Assembly (NCBI RefSeq): GCF_036588685.1
Contig: NC_086373.1
Location: 66,030,001 to 66,094,000 of the forward strand
Length of the DNA: 64,000 bases
From: Mytilus trossulus
Taxonomy: Eukaryota
Direction: 5' to 3'
Shown here one piece after another: positions 12,401-24,700 of the stretch. The first letter of the stretch is position 1, and every line of letters begins with the position of its first letter. Position numbers and translations under genes: made by a program. The notes under the pieces were generated by a model. It worked only from the letters and a program-made list of their open reading frames with translations. It made no database searches and was not told the DNA's origin.

Positions 12401-15400
12401 TAGAAAATAATGTGCTTGGTCACTTACATGTGCATTTGCAGAGTGAAAGGGTTTTTAAGGGATTTTTTTTGGCTACACTTTCTGAGGTCTTGAAATAAAA
12501 GTGACTTTCTCTTAACTGCTGACATGTCTGTCTTATTCAATCACTTTTCTTTTTTGATGGTTTTAGCTTTTTAAATCATGGACAGCAGTCTGGGGTTCAT
12601 ATATACAATAGATTGACCAATTACCTTACACAATTTGTACATGTATACACTATGAAGCAAAGTTTTGCCTAAAACAATATCAAAGAAATTCTACTTTCCT
12701 AAAATAAATAATTACTCACCTTAACTGTGGCATGTCTGAAGGATTCTGCTGAATCAGCACTTTCAGATGCACTGCTTAAACTTTCTAATTTGTTCAATTC
12801 ATTGATTTTGGCTAATCCTCTTCTTGCAAATGCCTAAAATGAAAGTGTATATGTTAATATCCTCATTAAAGTATTCTATTAGGTTCCTAAAGCCTAGAGT
12901 TAATACTCACCTGGCAGAAATATACCATTTAAAAACAACTATGATCTGTTTGAAATAATTTTAGTTAAATTCCTCAGAAACTATTAAATACATATATCAT
13001 AAATTTCAAGTTTTTCAGAGATTTTTCCAGCTGAAAATTGTAAATCTCTGTTGGAACTTGGTACAAAGTATCTATTGAAAATGCATGTTAGAAGAAAAAT
13101 CCAACTTTCAAACTCAGACTGAAGAGCTTAATACAAATTTCTACTAAGGCCTATGCAAAATAGTTAATCTACACTTATTTTAAGAAGAATTCAGTCAAGG
13201 GTTATAACTTAAATACCTCAGCATGATGTGATGCTTTACAATCAAAATAAGACTGGCAAACAGCTGTGTAAAGTGTTGATCTCCATGGTAAATATTTGAC
13301 AGACAGCAGTGGGACAGACGTCTCCATACACATACATGCCCATAACAGGAATTCTAAAACCTGAAATTAATAAAACAACACTACATTTGTACTTTAAAAC
13401 CATGCATGAATATTTGAGAAATGTAAATTTAAAGAACATATTTTTCATATAATGTCTTATACTCCATGGATCATCTTCAAAACGGTACCAGTATCTTTAA
13501 ATAAACCCACAATAACATCTTTTTACAAGATATCTTGTGGCCTGGGCTGTTGCTCATTTCTGATAATAACGAAGCTCTAAATAATGCTATTTTGGGATTT
13601 TGAAGTTTGGCCGAAAAAAAGTAAGCTAAATTCCAGAATATAAGTACTGAACCGATTAATTTAATTACTGTCTTATGAACATCACTATTTGATTGATTTA
13701 TACTTTTTTATTTTTAAAATCAATGGACTAAAAGACTTTTTTTTATTGAATTGTTGAAAATCAGATTCACCTATGTGAATACACAATAGTTAATTCAATG
13801 CCATGCACTGTATCTTTGCTAGTTTTATACTTACCCTAGCTGAATGACCAAGGGACATCAGATGTCTAGATATACTGTAAATATGGATGGTACCTAAAGA
13901 ATACAAAGTGTTAGAAAATGAAAACAAAATAACTCCTCAGTTACTTTTTATTAATGGATTGATATTAAAAAGAACAATATTCAAGAATCCATCCAGGTGC
14001 TAACTTGCTCATGTTGGTCCAGTTGAAATAATTTGCTCTAACTTTTGAGTATTTCGTACATTGTTTTACAATTCTGACTTTTGTTAAGCTGGAAACACAA
14101 TTATAATAATCTAACTATTTAAATTGTTTGGTGTTTACGGAAAACAGAGTAATAGATTTTACATAAAAAATCTTTATTATTGAAATTCAAACAAGAAGTC
14201 GGGGAAAAAAGGGGTTAGAATATGGCAAATGTTGGGGTTTTTTTTAACCCTTAGTAATAACGAGTATTCTATAATAAAGAAAAAGCTGAACATTATCATT
14301 ACAACATCACTTACCATTGTAAACAAGCCAACATAAAGATTCCTTTGGCAATACAACCTGCATCACAAGTCTAAGAAAAGACAGTATATGTACACATTTG
14401 TCTGTTGACTGTGTATTTTGAAGTTTGGGATCAACCATACGAACTGTTTGGTACATGCTGATACTTTTCCCCATTAATGCTCGAAACTGAAAAAGTAAAA
14501 GTAGAAATTTAAAAATAGTAAATTCTCTTGAAACAAACAAATCAGATTATCAATTTATGATAAATCAACCTTTCTAAGTTAAAAATCAATTAAAATTTAT
14601 GCCTTTAGAATGAAAAATTTTAACCAAAATTTGTCAGTACTAAACTCTTTGATTGGAACATATTCAAATGAATTATTTTAAGTCCTCTGACAGTTATGGA
14701 ATAAACATGTCTGATCTAATAACAGTATTTAAAACTTTTCAATTCAAAAAGGGGTTTGTTTCAGACATATTTACCTACAAATAAAATAATGCAATGTCTT
14801 TCCACATGTAAATGTTTAAAATTTCTTCTAAAAACATTTTCAACTTAAAATCAATGCTGTGTAAAACAAATATCCCTTTTTTAAGACAACAATTGAGAAA
14901 TGGAATAAAATCCTGAGATTTTGCTGTAACCATTAGTTGGTAATTAAAGAAAACACTGATTTTTGCTTGTCTTAAGCTTCATGCAGATTTTTTGTTAATA
15001 TATAAATAAACTAATTAGAAAATATCAGGCCTAAATTTCTTTTCATGTTTATATGTCTTTTTTATTTTGCAGGATTATTTGTCTTGGAGTATGGAATGAC
15101 AGTCTGCCAAAATGTACATGCATGAGTAAAGGTTTTTATTTTTCACTTGTTACTGCATAATTATGTAGTTAGTTGATTGATAATACAATTTGAACACACA
15201 AATAAACATGCATTTGAAATCTACCTACAATTATAGTAACACAATTTAAACATGCATGTTATTTTATTAATTCATTTCATGTTATTTATATCTTCTTTTT
15301 TAAATGACATTTGAAATATGAATACAATCTGTGGCAATCTTTTTCAAAAATATTTTTATTAAACATTAAATATGCACAACAAACATGTATCATGCAGATT

Positions 15401-18400
15401 AAAAGTTTCTGGTGAAAATGAGTTGTCTCCCATTTTGACTAGATTGAAGAAAAAAAACATAATTTAATTATCAGCAAGTTGAATATTTATCAAATAACTT
15501 TATGTTGAATATAAAATTTACTTTAAACTTAATTTGTGTGAGTATCGTGTATAGCATGCATCTTAAGATGACAGTTATCAAAAATTTAAACATTTATAAG
15601 AGGAGACAACTCTGTTTTACACCTGTTTAAAGATAAGTTTACTTTGAATTGTTTAACATACAGTATCAAAGCTTTACGTTAAAATTATACATAAATTTAC
15701 CTGCTTAACAAAAAATTCCCTTTTCTGTAGAAAAGTTAAAATTACTGCTACACATTCAGATTCAAATTGTAAAAATATTTCTATATGATAATTTTTTTTT
15801 TTATAGTCGTAGAAAATTAATTAATTGATGTTTGTGGTAGATCAATCTCTAATTTTCTCTGTTGTTTTTTGTTGACTGTTCTTTAGTCATGTTGTTTTCT
15901 ATCTTTCTTAGATTTATCTTTGTTTACTCCCCTTTTTTTTAATATTTATGGTTGGAACCCTTCAAAATGAGTTAATTCTATTTTAATTCAGATCAATTTA
16001 CATCTACGGTAATGAACTATTACTTAAAGTTCCAACTCCTGTACCAATGGTAGAAAATAATAGTTCCTTATGATGATATATCTCTTTCAGTCTGCATGTT
16101 TGTCCAAATGTTATACAGTTTATCCAAATTATTTGCACTATCAATAACTACCATAGTATTTTATCAAACATATATCTAGTTGTCTCTCAGAAAACAATTA
16201 ATTATCTACTAAAATTTCAAAAATAACAAACAACAAACCTATTTCTTGTTTACATAATATAATTTGCTTGCAATAGGAGCTTGATTTTTGGTTTAATTGA
16301 GTATTGTACATTCTCTTTTCAGTATTAAAATGTTTTTTGGGGTTTTTTTCAGACTTACTGTCAATCCAGCATTCTCACTATCAAAACCTTCTGGAAAAAA
16401 TGTCATTCTAAATATATCAACATCAGTAATCTCTTCCACATTGATGTTACCAAAATGTAAAAGATATCTGTCATAACACTGCCATAATGCTAAACTGTAT
16501 TCCTAAAATATAAAATTCATAAATATAATAAATTGTTAATAGCAGGTTTCTCACTAAGACGTGTACACAAGTCCTGTACTCTGGGTTGTAAATCTTGAAT
16601 CAGTACTCAGAAAACAAAATTTGTGCTTGAAACACCAAATACAATAAGATCTTTTGAAGAACTGTTGGTGACCTTCTGCTGTTGTCTGCTCTATGGTCGG
16701 GTTGTTGTCTCTTTGGCACATTCCCCATTTCCATTTTCAATTTTATTTTGATTGGTTGATCTTTTAGCTTTATTATATGGATAACAGCTTGTGGAAATAA
16801 AATAGGACACTGTTCTACCAGTTCTAAACTGATGAGGGGAAATCAGTAATCAATATAATTATTTTCAGAAAATATAAAGAACTCTAAATACCCGAACAGT
16901 CATCAGAAAATCGCCCATTTGCAGCAATTTTTCCTGGTAGTAAATCTCTGGTAGCTTTGGTTCATATTTGTTCCACAATTCAAACAGGGTGTCTGACCTA
17001 AAAGAAAAAAACAATTTAGAAAACATTCAAATATATTTTTTTTTAAAAGCTGTTTCGATTAAAGTACAGTGACCAGGTGACAGGTGGCATTCATTTAACA
17101 GAAGTTTTCTCACAATGTAAATACAGTGTAATAGACAAATCCCAACATAAAACTTGTTAATTGTTAAATCGTAGAATTAATTCCGATTTTTTTATACGAA
17201 ATAAAAAATTATAATTGGCCATACCCATTACACAGACAGATCCCTTCTAGTGGTTATTATCTTATTCTTCATTTTCAACAACTGATTAGAATAGAGGTAA
17301 CAAATAACAATTCAATAATATTCAAATATTAAGCTCTTCAATGTACTCAACATGTTACATGTTTATCTTACCATAGATCTACCAGTTAATATTTATATAA
17401 ACAAAAAATTGAAAATTGGCATGCACACAAATTTTTTTTAATTTTTTTGTTAGCTTGCACAATTTATTTTTTGTTAACTTCTTTTACAAGTATGAAACGT
17501 GTGCAAATGCAAACATATGTATAGCCAGATGTAAAATATAACCTAGTTTCTTTTCACCATCTAATTTTTTGAGAAAGACATAGATTAGATAGATAAGACG
17601 ACTTACAACTTAACAGGTTGGGCACAACCCACCAAATGGGGAACTGTTCCCCAAATGAGTAACAATCCCACATTTGAGTAATCATTTGGTAGTGCTACAG
17701 GTAAAAAACTAAATTTTCTTTAAACAAGTCTTTTTTATTCAAATGGCACATATTCATGAAAAATACAGCAAATTTTTCAAAAGATGGTTATCCCTATCTT
17801 GATTTTTTTAGAAGATATAAGCCTGTTAAAAAGTTAGAAAATTTTATTATTTTTGGAAGAAGTTGTTCCATTTTCTATAAATTTGTGCCATTTTAACTAA
17901 AAAGACCCATTTTTAGAAAATTTTGTTTTTAGCACTATAAAATGATTACTCAAATGAGGGATTGTTACTCATTTCAGGAATAGTCCCCCATTTGGTGGGT
18001 TGTCCCCAACCTGCTCAAAAGTGGTACATGTATCAGCATGATCAGATCAGTTGCCTTTAGTTCATTCATCCTTAGTTTATTTATCAAAATTTATCAATGG
18101 TAATTAGGTTTTAATATACATCATGTACATACATGTATGCAGATATTTATTGATAAATTTACTTTCTCAAATATATATTATGTTCAAGTTTTTAAAAAAA
18201 AGCTAGCGTATGTTGCATTATGTGACAGTCAAAATGGTATGATCATGATGATAGAAGCAAGTCAACTCTTACCCCCAAAAGTAAAGGTGTACCAACATAA
18301 ACTCATACCACTATGAAGTCATCCCATTAAAAATATAATCAAATTCAATGTATAAATGTTTTATATATAGCTCGAAAAAAACCTTTCAAAACAATATAAA

Positions 18401-19276
18401 TATTGAATTATCTCATTGAATAAAATTCATTTAAGAAACAATTATGACTACCAAAATCTATTCAATGTTACTTAAATTTGTAATGAATTATATTACATGT
18501 ATGGTATGAATTCACTGTGGTACGACTTAGCAGTGGACAAGTTTGCATTGGTACAGGTTTGTTTTTAGCAGCCAAGTTGACATTGGTAAGAGTTTGCAAT
18601 GAGGGGGATAGGACCTTTATCAGGACTCTGGGATCAGGTGTTTTTAAGCTCGGGATTTCAGGATTCACCCTTGAGGGATCCGGGAATTCTTTTTTTCGGA
18701 TTTGGGACCTCGGGATTTCGTATTTTTAAACCCCGGTATATCAGGATTACGTGTTTTTAAACCGGGATTTCAGGATCAGGACCCCTCTTATCTCCCCTCT
18801 GCAATGGTACGATAATTATTATTTGGAATGATGATTCGTGAGGTGGGGGAAGTGTTACGGGATTGCTTCCCTTAGTTGCCGCAAGTGGTTGAGCTAATGA
18901 AGTACTTCTTCAGCTTAGTCCATTTACATACTGCTTTGTAACAAAGTGGTATTGGTGGATACATGCAATTTTGTAATGAAAATCATGCTCTCCATTTACA
19001 AATGCAAGGGGAAGCACCTGCTAGTGCTAATTGCATATCTATGCCTATGGATGGCAATTTACATTATTAAATTTCTTATACTAACGCTCTAGAAGAAGGT
19101 TCGTCTGCAGGCTTTTTGTAGCCAGGGCTATTTCGTTTACGCATATAACCCATAAACTTTTTGATTTCTTGGTCCAGCGACTGGAAAACTGGATTTGTTT
19201 TGTCCTTGCTGTAGAAAGAACTTGGTTGACCCCTGTTTATAGAGGCAACCGCAGCACTCTTCAACAGTGCGGCCAT
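275..19276 (-). CDS. CFAP54: Cilia- and flagella-associated protein 54, 5' part (17 coding exons, ~1171 codons; gene continues beyond left edge)
   Basis: Exons in transcript order: 19086-19276, 16892-16997, 16359-16502, 14315-14486, 13835-13893, 13217-13360, 12720-12833, 11818-12342, 10727-11303, 10222-10457, 7938-8273, 7410-7571, 6509-6688, 5736-5828, 2479-2661, 726-868, 275-422. All introns are GT..AG and phase-consistent with no stops. The spliced N-terminus (TLFELWNKYEPKLPEIYYQEKLLQMGDFL..EYSLALWQCYDRYL..LCWLVYNGTIHIYSISRHLM..SVPLLSVKYLPWRSTLYTAVCQ..AFARRGLAKINEL) matches the CFAP54 N-terminal domain as recalled from the vertebrate protein. Confidence 0.9.
726..868 (-). CDS. CFAP54: CFAP54 exon 16
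   Basis: IAYQVGCYDIAKQACNVLWDHF.., phase 2 out. Confidence 0.85.
1211..1869. mobile_element. Non-autonomous DNA transposon (MITE) with 5-bp target-site duplication
   Basis: Terminal inverted repeats CAGTCAGAGCTCAGACATAAA / TTTATGTCTGAGCTCTGACTG; CTTAA directly repeated at 1206-1210 and 1870-1874. Confidence 0.75.
2019..2568 (-). repeat. 115-bp tandem repeat made of the last 90 nt of CFAP54 exon 15 plus a 25-nt GT..AG spacer (4 extra copies)
   Basis: Exon-like blocks 2019-2108, 2134-2223, 2249-2338, 2364-2453, 2479-2568; spacer GTAAGTTACTTCATTAAGTTTTCAG on the minus strand. Confidence 0.95.
2479..2661 (-). CDS. CFAP54: CFAP54 exon 15
   Basis: VPSNQSELRVSGLKPDEKYVFAVAAY..IGDSSKPILASSPLPVLMTWAFLSQ. 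Confidence 0.88.
2921..5470. mobile_element. Old foldback/palindromic element, split by a nested insertion
   Basis: About 2921-3200 and about 5190-5470 are diverged inverted repeats (e.g. CATTTAAATTTCTT..GAAATCTATCA vs TGATAGATTTC..AAGAAATTTAAATG). Confidence 0.6.
3369..5185 (+). mobile_element. Helentron-type non-autonomous (HINE/pearl-like) element; a complete copy (3914-5185) follows or interrupts a truncated copy (3369-3912)
   Basis: Head AACTAGAGGCTCxAAAGAGCCTGTGTCGCTCACC occurs twice; internal ~500-bp repeated core; GACG microsatellite; 3' hairpin TGGCCCTTCGGGCCA followed by GGTGAGCTAAAAA, the inverse of the head GCTCACC; A-run flanks. Confidence 0.7.
5736..5828 (-). CDS. CFAP54: CFAP54 exon 14
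   Basis: VSWYKLFARSSSGSNVKVRLNDYFLPGTGES. Confidence 0.85.
6275..6467 (+). repeat. Interspersed repeat (SINE-like 3' part); related fragments near 6000-6080, 16660-16745, 20280-20480, 45780-45890
   Basis: Shared motifs GCCTTT.ATAGCT.ACTAT, GTTGTCTC.TTGGCA, CATACCACATCTTCTT and AGTCAGGA.CCTG recur across the window. Confidence 0.5.
6509..6688 (-). CDS. CFAP54: CFAP54 exon 13
   Basis: DAVACIQKAQTEEK..VPTAPILLCRTDTMMIFKPSPF..GQQ. Confidence 0.85.
7410..7571 (-). CDS. CFAP54: CFAP54 exon 12
   Basis: GEGGEMMSSYVENYEELLTRCNRNQLSKSLLLMQR..QKKLLE. Confidence 0.82.
7938..8273 (-). CDS. CFAP54: CFAP54 exon 11
   Basis: DLNEDVF..VWNTIKDLHLELILMYHRVSIKL..SKMEY, donor GTAAGT. Confidence 0.8.
10222..10457 (-). 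CDS. CFAP54: CFAP54 exon 10
   Basis: DPGGIKESS..QLLQARDILELGLQNVAYARKA..DGTSIADVSWAK, phases fit. Confidence 0.82.
10727..11303 (-). CDS. CFAP54: CFAP54 exon 9
   Basis: LIGEEKYSWDEKALELL..IIVDAALILWNK..DPALTAEVVLRLALVLE, open across 577 nt. Confidence 0.85.
11818..12342 (-). CDS. CFAP54: CFAP54 exon 8
   Basis: MAVMVFKRSVYETRRKPK..PWPRTPTERLLADMF..VLGYLR, 525 nt, phase 0/0. Confidence 0.88.
12720..12833 (-). CDS. CFAP54: CFAP54 exon 7
   Basis: AFARRGLAKINELNKLES..FRHATVK, donor GTGAGT. Confidence 0.88.
13217..13360 (-). CDS. CFAP54: CFAP54 exon 6
   Basis: VLEFLLWACMCMETSVPLLSVKYLPWRSTLYTAVCQSYFDCKASHHAE. Confidence 0.88.
13835..13893 (-). CDS. CFAP54: CFAP54 exon 5
   Basis: TIHIYSISRHLMSLGHSAR, phase 1 in, phase 0 out. 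Confidence 0.85.
14315..14486 (-). CDS. CFAP54: CFAP54 exon 4
   Basis: FRALMGKS..LRLVMQVVLPKESLCWLVYNG, donor GTAAGT. Confidence 0.88.
16359..16502 (-). CDS. CFAP54: CFAP54 exon 3
   Basis: EYSLALWQCYDRYLLHFG..FFPEGFDSENAGLT, donor GTAAGT. Confidence 0.88.
16892..16997 (-). CDS. CFAP54: CFAP54 exon 2
   Basis: SDTLFELWNKYEPKLPEIYYQEKLLQMGDFLMTVR, AG/GT flanks. Confidence 0.88.
17616..18012. mobile_element. Palindromic MITE
   Basis: Long terminal inverted repeats CAGGTTGGG..CAACCCACCAAATGGGG..ATGAGTAACAATCCC.CATTTGAGTAATCATT, mirrored at 17941-18012. Confidence 0.75.
18601..18799. mobile_element. Small non-autonomous element with internal CGGGATT repeats and 6-bp target-site duplication
   Basis: Ends GAGGGG / CCCCTC; TGCAAT at 18595-18600 and 18800-18805. 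Confidence 0.65.
19086..19276 (-). CDS. CFAP54: CFAP54 coding exon 1
   Basis: ATG at 19276 (MAALLKSAA..PSSR), donor GTTAGT, phase 2 matches the next exon. Confidence 0.75.
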
Positions 19277-19339
19277 TTCGCAGTTATAATTATTATTATT
19301 CTGTTCAAGTGAGAATTGTCATTTGATGTTTATGTTTTT

Positions 19340-19432
19340 AAAAGTTTACGCCGCCATTTTCCACGCCATGCAGTCGCTATGGAATTAAGGGGAAGTAACT
19401 CTGATCACAAAACTTTAATTTTCCCGCCATTA
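19340..19432. promoter_or_regulatory. Probable CFAP54 proximal promoter (YY1-like CCGCCATTTT, degenerate RFX X-box)
   Basis: Locally CpG-containing segment 70-150 bp upstream of the ATG: CCGCCATTTT 19351-19360, GTCGCTATGGAATT 19373-19386 (one good X-box half), CCCGCCATT about 19423. Confidence 0.4.
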
Positions 19433-21440
19433 AATTTTTTAGCTAAAAATATCTTACCGATTTAATAGTGAACAAAATTTATAGTGTCAAATTATCGTAA
19501 TTTCGGTATTTATTTTTGAATATTGACTTCTGGTAGTAGCGTTACAGATTAGCCAATAATATGAAACGTTTGACGAGAAAAATATTAAAAACCTGATTTC
19601 AACTTTGAAGCCGACGGATACATTTTAAACTGATACATAAACTTAAGGTTTTTTTTTTATCGTTTGGTAAAAAATGAAGACCCTTTTATCACAATTGATA
19701 AGTATATAACACATATTTTTATACTTCTCTATCTTTATGCCTGCTATTTTTCTATATTCTTAATTAAGTTCATATTTTATCTAGACTATCATAGAAAAAA
19801 ACTTCTTTTTTACCATTAAATTGTTGCTGTTTTCCAATTCTTTATTTTTCAGTCCATTTCAGATCGATCACTACTTTTATTTTCAATAGCCCGTGTGATC
19901 TATTCTATAAACCACTTATAGATATGATACTGTATGGCTGAAAGTTTATCCGTCGTCACAATTTAAACCAACTTACTCATATCTCATACCTGCTTAGTTT
20001 TTTACATTCATTCTGTACAGATTGATACTTCAAGATGTTTTGGGAAAACACTTTTTATTTATTAGTCGAAATTGTCTTTAAGGTAGCCGCAAGTACTCTT
20101 TTATCGGTATTATGTGTGGATGTGTGTGTGTTTTTTTGTTTTTGTTTTTGTTTTGTTTGGGCACTGTTGGTCTTTTTTTGGGGGGGGGGGGGCGGGGTCA
20201 CATATCGAGTTAGCTTGTAGTGTTTCGTTCCAATCATTTGCGTTCAGTTATTTGCAACAGATTGTTAGAGTGTGAGCGCTCACAGCCACGTTTAACCGGC
20301 CGAATGCTGCATGTGTCAATCATTAGTCAGGAGCCTGTAACTTAACGCGGTTGTCGTCGGTTATAATTTCTTTCTTATATATTTTTCGTACATTGACAAT
20401 TTGTAACGTATAAACTAGACCGTTATATTTCTCAATAAATAGTTCTATATTTTTCATGTCGGTGCCTTTTACAGCTACTATATTTCAGTAATTTAAAAAT
20501 CTATTCTATCAAATTATTTCTAACGTGTAAAGACGGACATGAAAGCCTACAACTACAACTAGATGCGCAACGTCACAATATGACGAGAACGTTCCCATGG
20601 GACTACTAAGTGATCTACGTTATCTTCGTGCATCCAAAGTAAGTATTTATAAGCTTGTATTTTTCTTTACTTCTGTACTAAGAGAAAAAAATCTAACTTG
20701 GTGGACTGTATACTATGAAGCATATACTAGTAATCAAAATAGAAAACTAATAGCATACATTTAGTGTGTGTAGTTGGATTCTGTATTTTCAGCAATTTAA
20801 ATTTCTCTCTCGTGATTAAACCAGAATTCGCTTGTTGAACGAAATTATAAGGAGTCTGAATGATATAATAATACATAAAATCCTTTTTTTACCATTTCAC
20901 TCGTATCAGATATGATTTTATCATTTTATACAAACGACATTTTTGGTGTTAGATATTGAACGTTGACCTCCTTTATCATCTTCTTCTTTTTCTTCTTCTC
21001 ATTATTCTGACCGTGTAGCTAATCGATCTTAGAGATGAAATGCACTGTCTCTACTGTGCAGGACTGTCCTATTTAGAGTCTCTCTATTTAAAATTCTCAT
21101 AAACCATTTGTGAAGGCTGAACCATTGTCAATTAATTGCGGTTCACTCTGAAAGCAGATATTGTTTGCTTTTTTTTATGTATATACATGTAAATAAATTT
21201 CGAGAATAGTTCAAAATAACATTTCTCGAGTTTGACTGTTTATACTTCGTATGTAAAAGAAAATATGAGGCGTATGCGCCAAGATACAACAATATATAAC
21301 AATTCAACAACCAAAATTATGAGAGAGAAAACCTATACTAATAGACGAAAAGAAGTCCGTCCACATACGGTCTCCATTAATTGGCAAGTGAATTGTTAGT
21401 CAATATCTTAAAAAAAACGAAAATACCACGTTGCAAATTT

Positions 21441-21492
21441 AATGCGTCATAAACACTTTTCTGGATTTATCTTTATTAGGAACGCTAAAAGC
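21441..21492 (-). ncRNA. Heavily decayed type I hammerhead ribozyme relic (retrozyme/Penelope-type repeat)
   Basis: Minus strand GCGTTC CTAATAA AGATAAATCCA GAAA AGTGTTTA TGACGC: hammerhead layout with CTGATGA mutated to CTAATAA. Confidence 0.35.
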
Positions 21493-21725
21493 CGAATATT
21501 TGAAAGCCATGGATGCATAAAACCAAAACAGTTCAAAAGCTTTATAACCAAAAATGATCTGAAATATTTGCCAAATCGTTCTAAGCCAATGAACATTGTA
21601 CTGTGTGTAAATAAAATGGTTGCTTTTATCCCTCATTATTTTTTCTTAGTAACACAGATGAGTGTTTAAAGCATTTGTCATGACAGAAACAGCAATGGGC
21701 TGATGATATGTCCTAAGCTTTTAGA

Positions 21726-24700
21726 ATGACCGGTGGTAAGGAGACGGGGTTTAAAGATGTCAATATTGTAAAACCCAATTCCACGGCTACACAAAACACC
21801 CAGCAGGCAGAAATTGAAGAACCCTTAGCTGGAAGTTCAAATGTTCAACAGAGTCCTACAGGCAGGAGTCCGGAACACATGATAGATCATTGGAAAAGTT
21901 TTCTTGCAGTTTCCTCAAAAGAACCCTCCAAGAATCTTCAACAAAACATCTCTCCTAAAACACAAACATCACAGCTATCGGATATATCACAGTCACAACA
22001 CAATAAAGACCAACAATATAATTACAGCAATGTAGGAACAATCATATCACTACCAAACAATACAGTACAATTTCAAAAATCAGAAACAAGTCCGGTTAAT
22101 ATCGTCACATCTCACGAAAACCGGACTTTAACCGTAGATCCAAAACAATATGGTAATCCTGACTATCAAGTTCATACTGCTGGAAAATTTCAAAATCATG
22201 ATATAAATACCCGACACCAGTCAATAACGTTTGCCAACAGTTCGTCGCAACCAGAGAGCAATGTTTCTTCCCCTGAACACAGATTAGTAATAGCTGAAAA
22301 TATAGAACAATCAGTAGTTCCAACAAAGAAAACAAAAAGTAATGTTAACTGGAATATGGAAAAATTAGTACAAAACGATGCTGATATGTCAACTGAAAAG
22401 AACAAAATACTTACAAATCTTCATAACAACGAAAGCAAACTACATCAAGGTATACTGAAGTCAACACAGCCAGCCAAGGAACAACACAATCGTTCCTATT
22501 TTTATGGAAGCCAAGGAGGTCAGCAAATTTCTGAACCAGAAAAACGGGTAAATCTTATGTTCAAACAACCAGCACAGCAACATGATATGAATACATCAGT
22601 ACAGGATCAACGAAATCTGCAAAAAACGAACTACCAAAGTCCACCATTCACGCTAGCAACTCCACAAAACATCCATCAAATGCAACTGCAATCACAATAC
22701 CTTTATTCTGCACATCAACCTAGTCAGACTCACGGTCAACAGCCTCCTAACCATGAAAATAACTATCCAAATTTACAAGTTAACCAAGAACAATATACAC
22801 CACACAATCCTTTTCAACAACCAAAATATCTACCTAACTTGCCTAATCAACAGCCACATAACCCACCAAGCATTGTCAATCAACATAATCAATATCCACC
22901 GAACACTTCTAACCAAACGTTACAATACCAATCTAACTTGCCTAATCAACAACTACAATACCAACATAACTTGCCTAATCAACAACTACAATACCAAACG
23001 GACACGACTAATCAACATCCTCAGTATTCACCAAACACACCTTATCAACAAGTGCAATATTCACCAAACATGGCTAATCAACAGTTGATGTGTTCACCAA
23101 TTACGGCTAATCAACAGCTACAAAATACACCAACGAACACCGCGTATCAACATCTACAACATGCTCCAACAAACACGGCTAATCAACAGCTACAGCATGC
23201 ACCACAGAACACGGATAATCAACAGCTACAACATGCACCACAGAACACGGGTAATCAACAGCTACAACATGCACCACAGAACACGGGTAATCAACAGCTA
23301 CAACATGCAACACCGAAACACACCGCTTATCAAAAGCTACATTCACCACCGAACACGGCTAATCAGAAGCTTCAACATTCACCAACGAACACGGTTAATC
23401 AACAGCTACAACATGCACCACCGAACACGGGTAATCAACAGCTACAAAATGCACAACCGAAACAAACCGCTTATCAAAAGCTACAACATGCACCACCGAA
23501 AACGGCTAATCAACAGCCTCAATATTCACAAAATACCGCTAATCAACAACTACAGTATTCACCAAACACGGGTAATCAACAACTACAACACACATCAATG
23601 CACATGGCTAATCAACAACCACCGTATTCACCAAACACTGCTTATCAACAGCTATCAAATACGCTTAAAAAACAACCACCGTATTCACCAAACACGGCTG
23701 ATCAATCACAACTGTATTCATCGAATATTACTAGTCAACAACTACTGTATTCACCGGCAAAAGTCGAACAACAGCTACCATATCCTGAAAACATAAGCAG
23801 TCAACAGTTTGGATTTCACGAACAATATCCACCAAACAAAGCTAATGAGGAACAAGTCTCGCAGCTCAAACACGAAAGTTTCAACAAGAATATTGCTGAT
23901 CAACAGGATTTCCAACAGTCAGGACAGAAACATGAAAGTTTTAATACTGACCAACCGCTCACACAAGATAATCATCACCAGCAGGTTGCAAAGATTGAGA
24001 GAGGACAACACGGACAAAATCGTATTGAAATACATCATTCTAATCTAAATATGCAACCAACTGCTCAGCAGATACAAAACCAACAGACTCAAGTTCAAAA
24101 AAGTTCCCTAGTAAGTCAGGAACTTCAGCATACACAAACACAAAATGGAAGTCTATATGCTCATGCAGCTCTTTCGCCGTTTACAAAACAGACAAGGAGT
24201 ACAGGTGGGACTGTTGAAGCTGAAAATCAACATGCCGGACAAAGGTCAACGATATTAGATGTAAAAGTGACAGACGATCATAAGAAAGAGAAAATACAAT
24301 CCCAGAAGAGAAAGATTCAATCAAAGCATACAACGAAAGACAGCATACAAAAGATAGAACTGGATTTTATTGCTTCGCCACCTGTACTATTTACTCCTGA
24401 ATATCTTATGTTGAAAATACCCAAACAAGAGACAACAAATGCAAAAGCAGTGAGTAATGAGATACATAAAAGGAGAGGGCAGTCTCCTGTCGATGGTTCC
24501 GAGAGTTTAGAAGCCGGGCCTGTGAAGAAGCTGAAGTTAGAGGAGGTTAGAATAAGCACTGCGAATATAGATCAGTATCCAGAAAGCGGTGAGTAATATA
24601 ATAGTAATTCAGGAATATGCATCATGATAATAAATGTAATGTGGCGTTTTACACACAATTTTTAAACATGTGTTGGAATCCTTTTAATCGTTTTTTTTTT

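Noticed and set aside
20597-20638. MGLLSDLRYLRASK as the first coding exon of the Q-rich gene
   Set aside because: Splicing to either candidate acceptor (21649 or 21724) meets a stop at once or within five codons; treated as a possible upstream ORF.
22753-24048. Alternate-frame ORFs of 111, 211 and 79 aa (HHRTRLINSY repeats)
   Set aside because: They are shadow frames of the coding minisatellite; lack of stops follows from the repeat unit.
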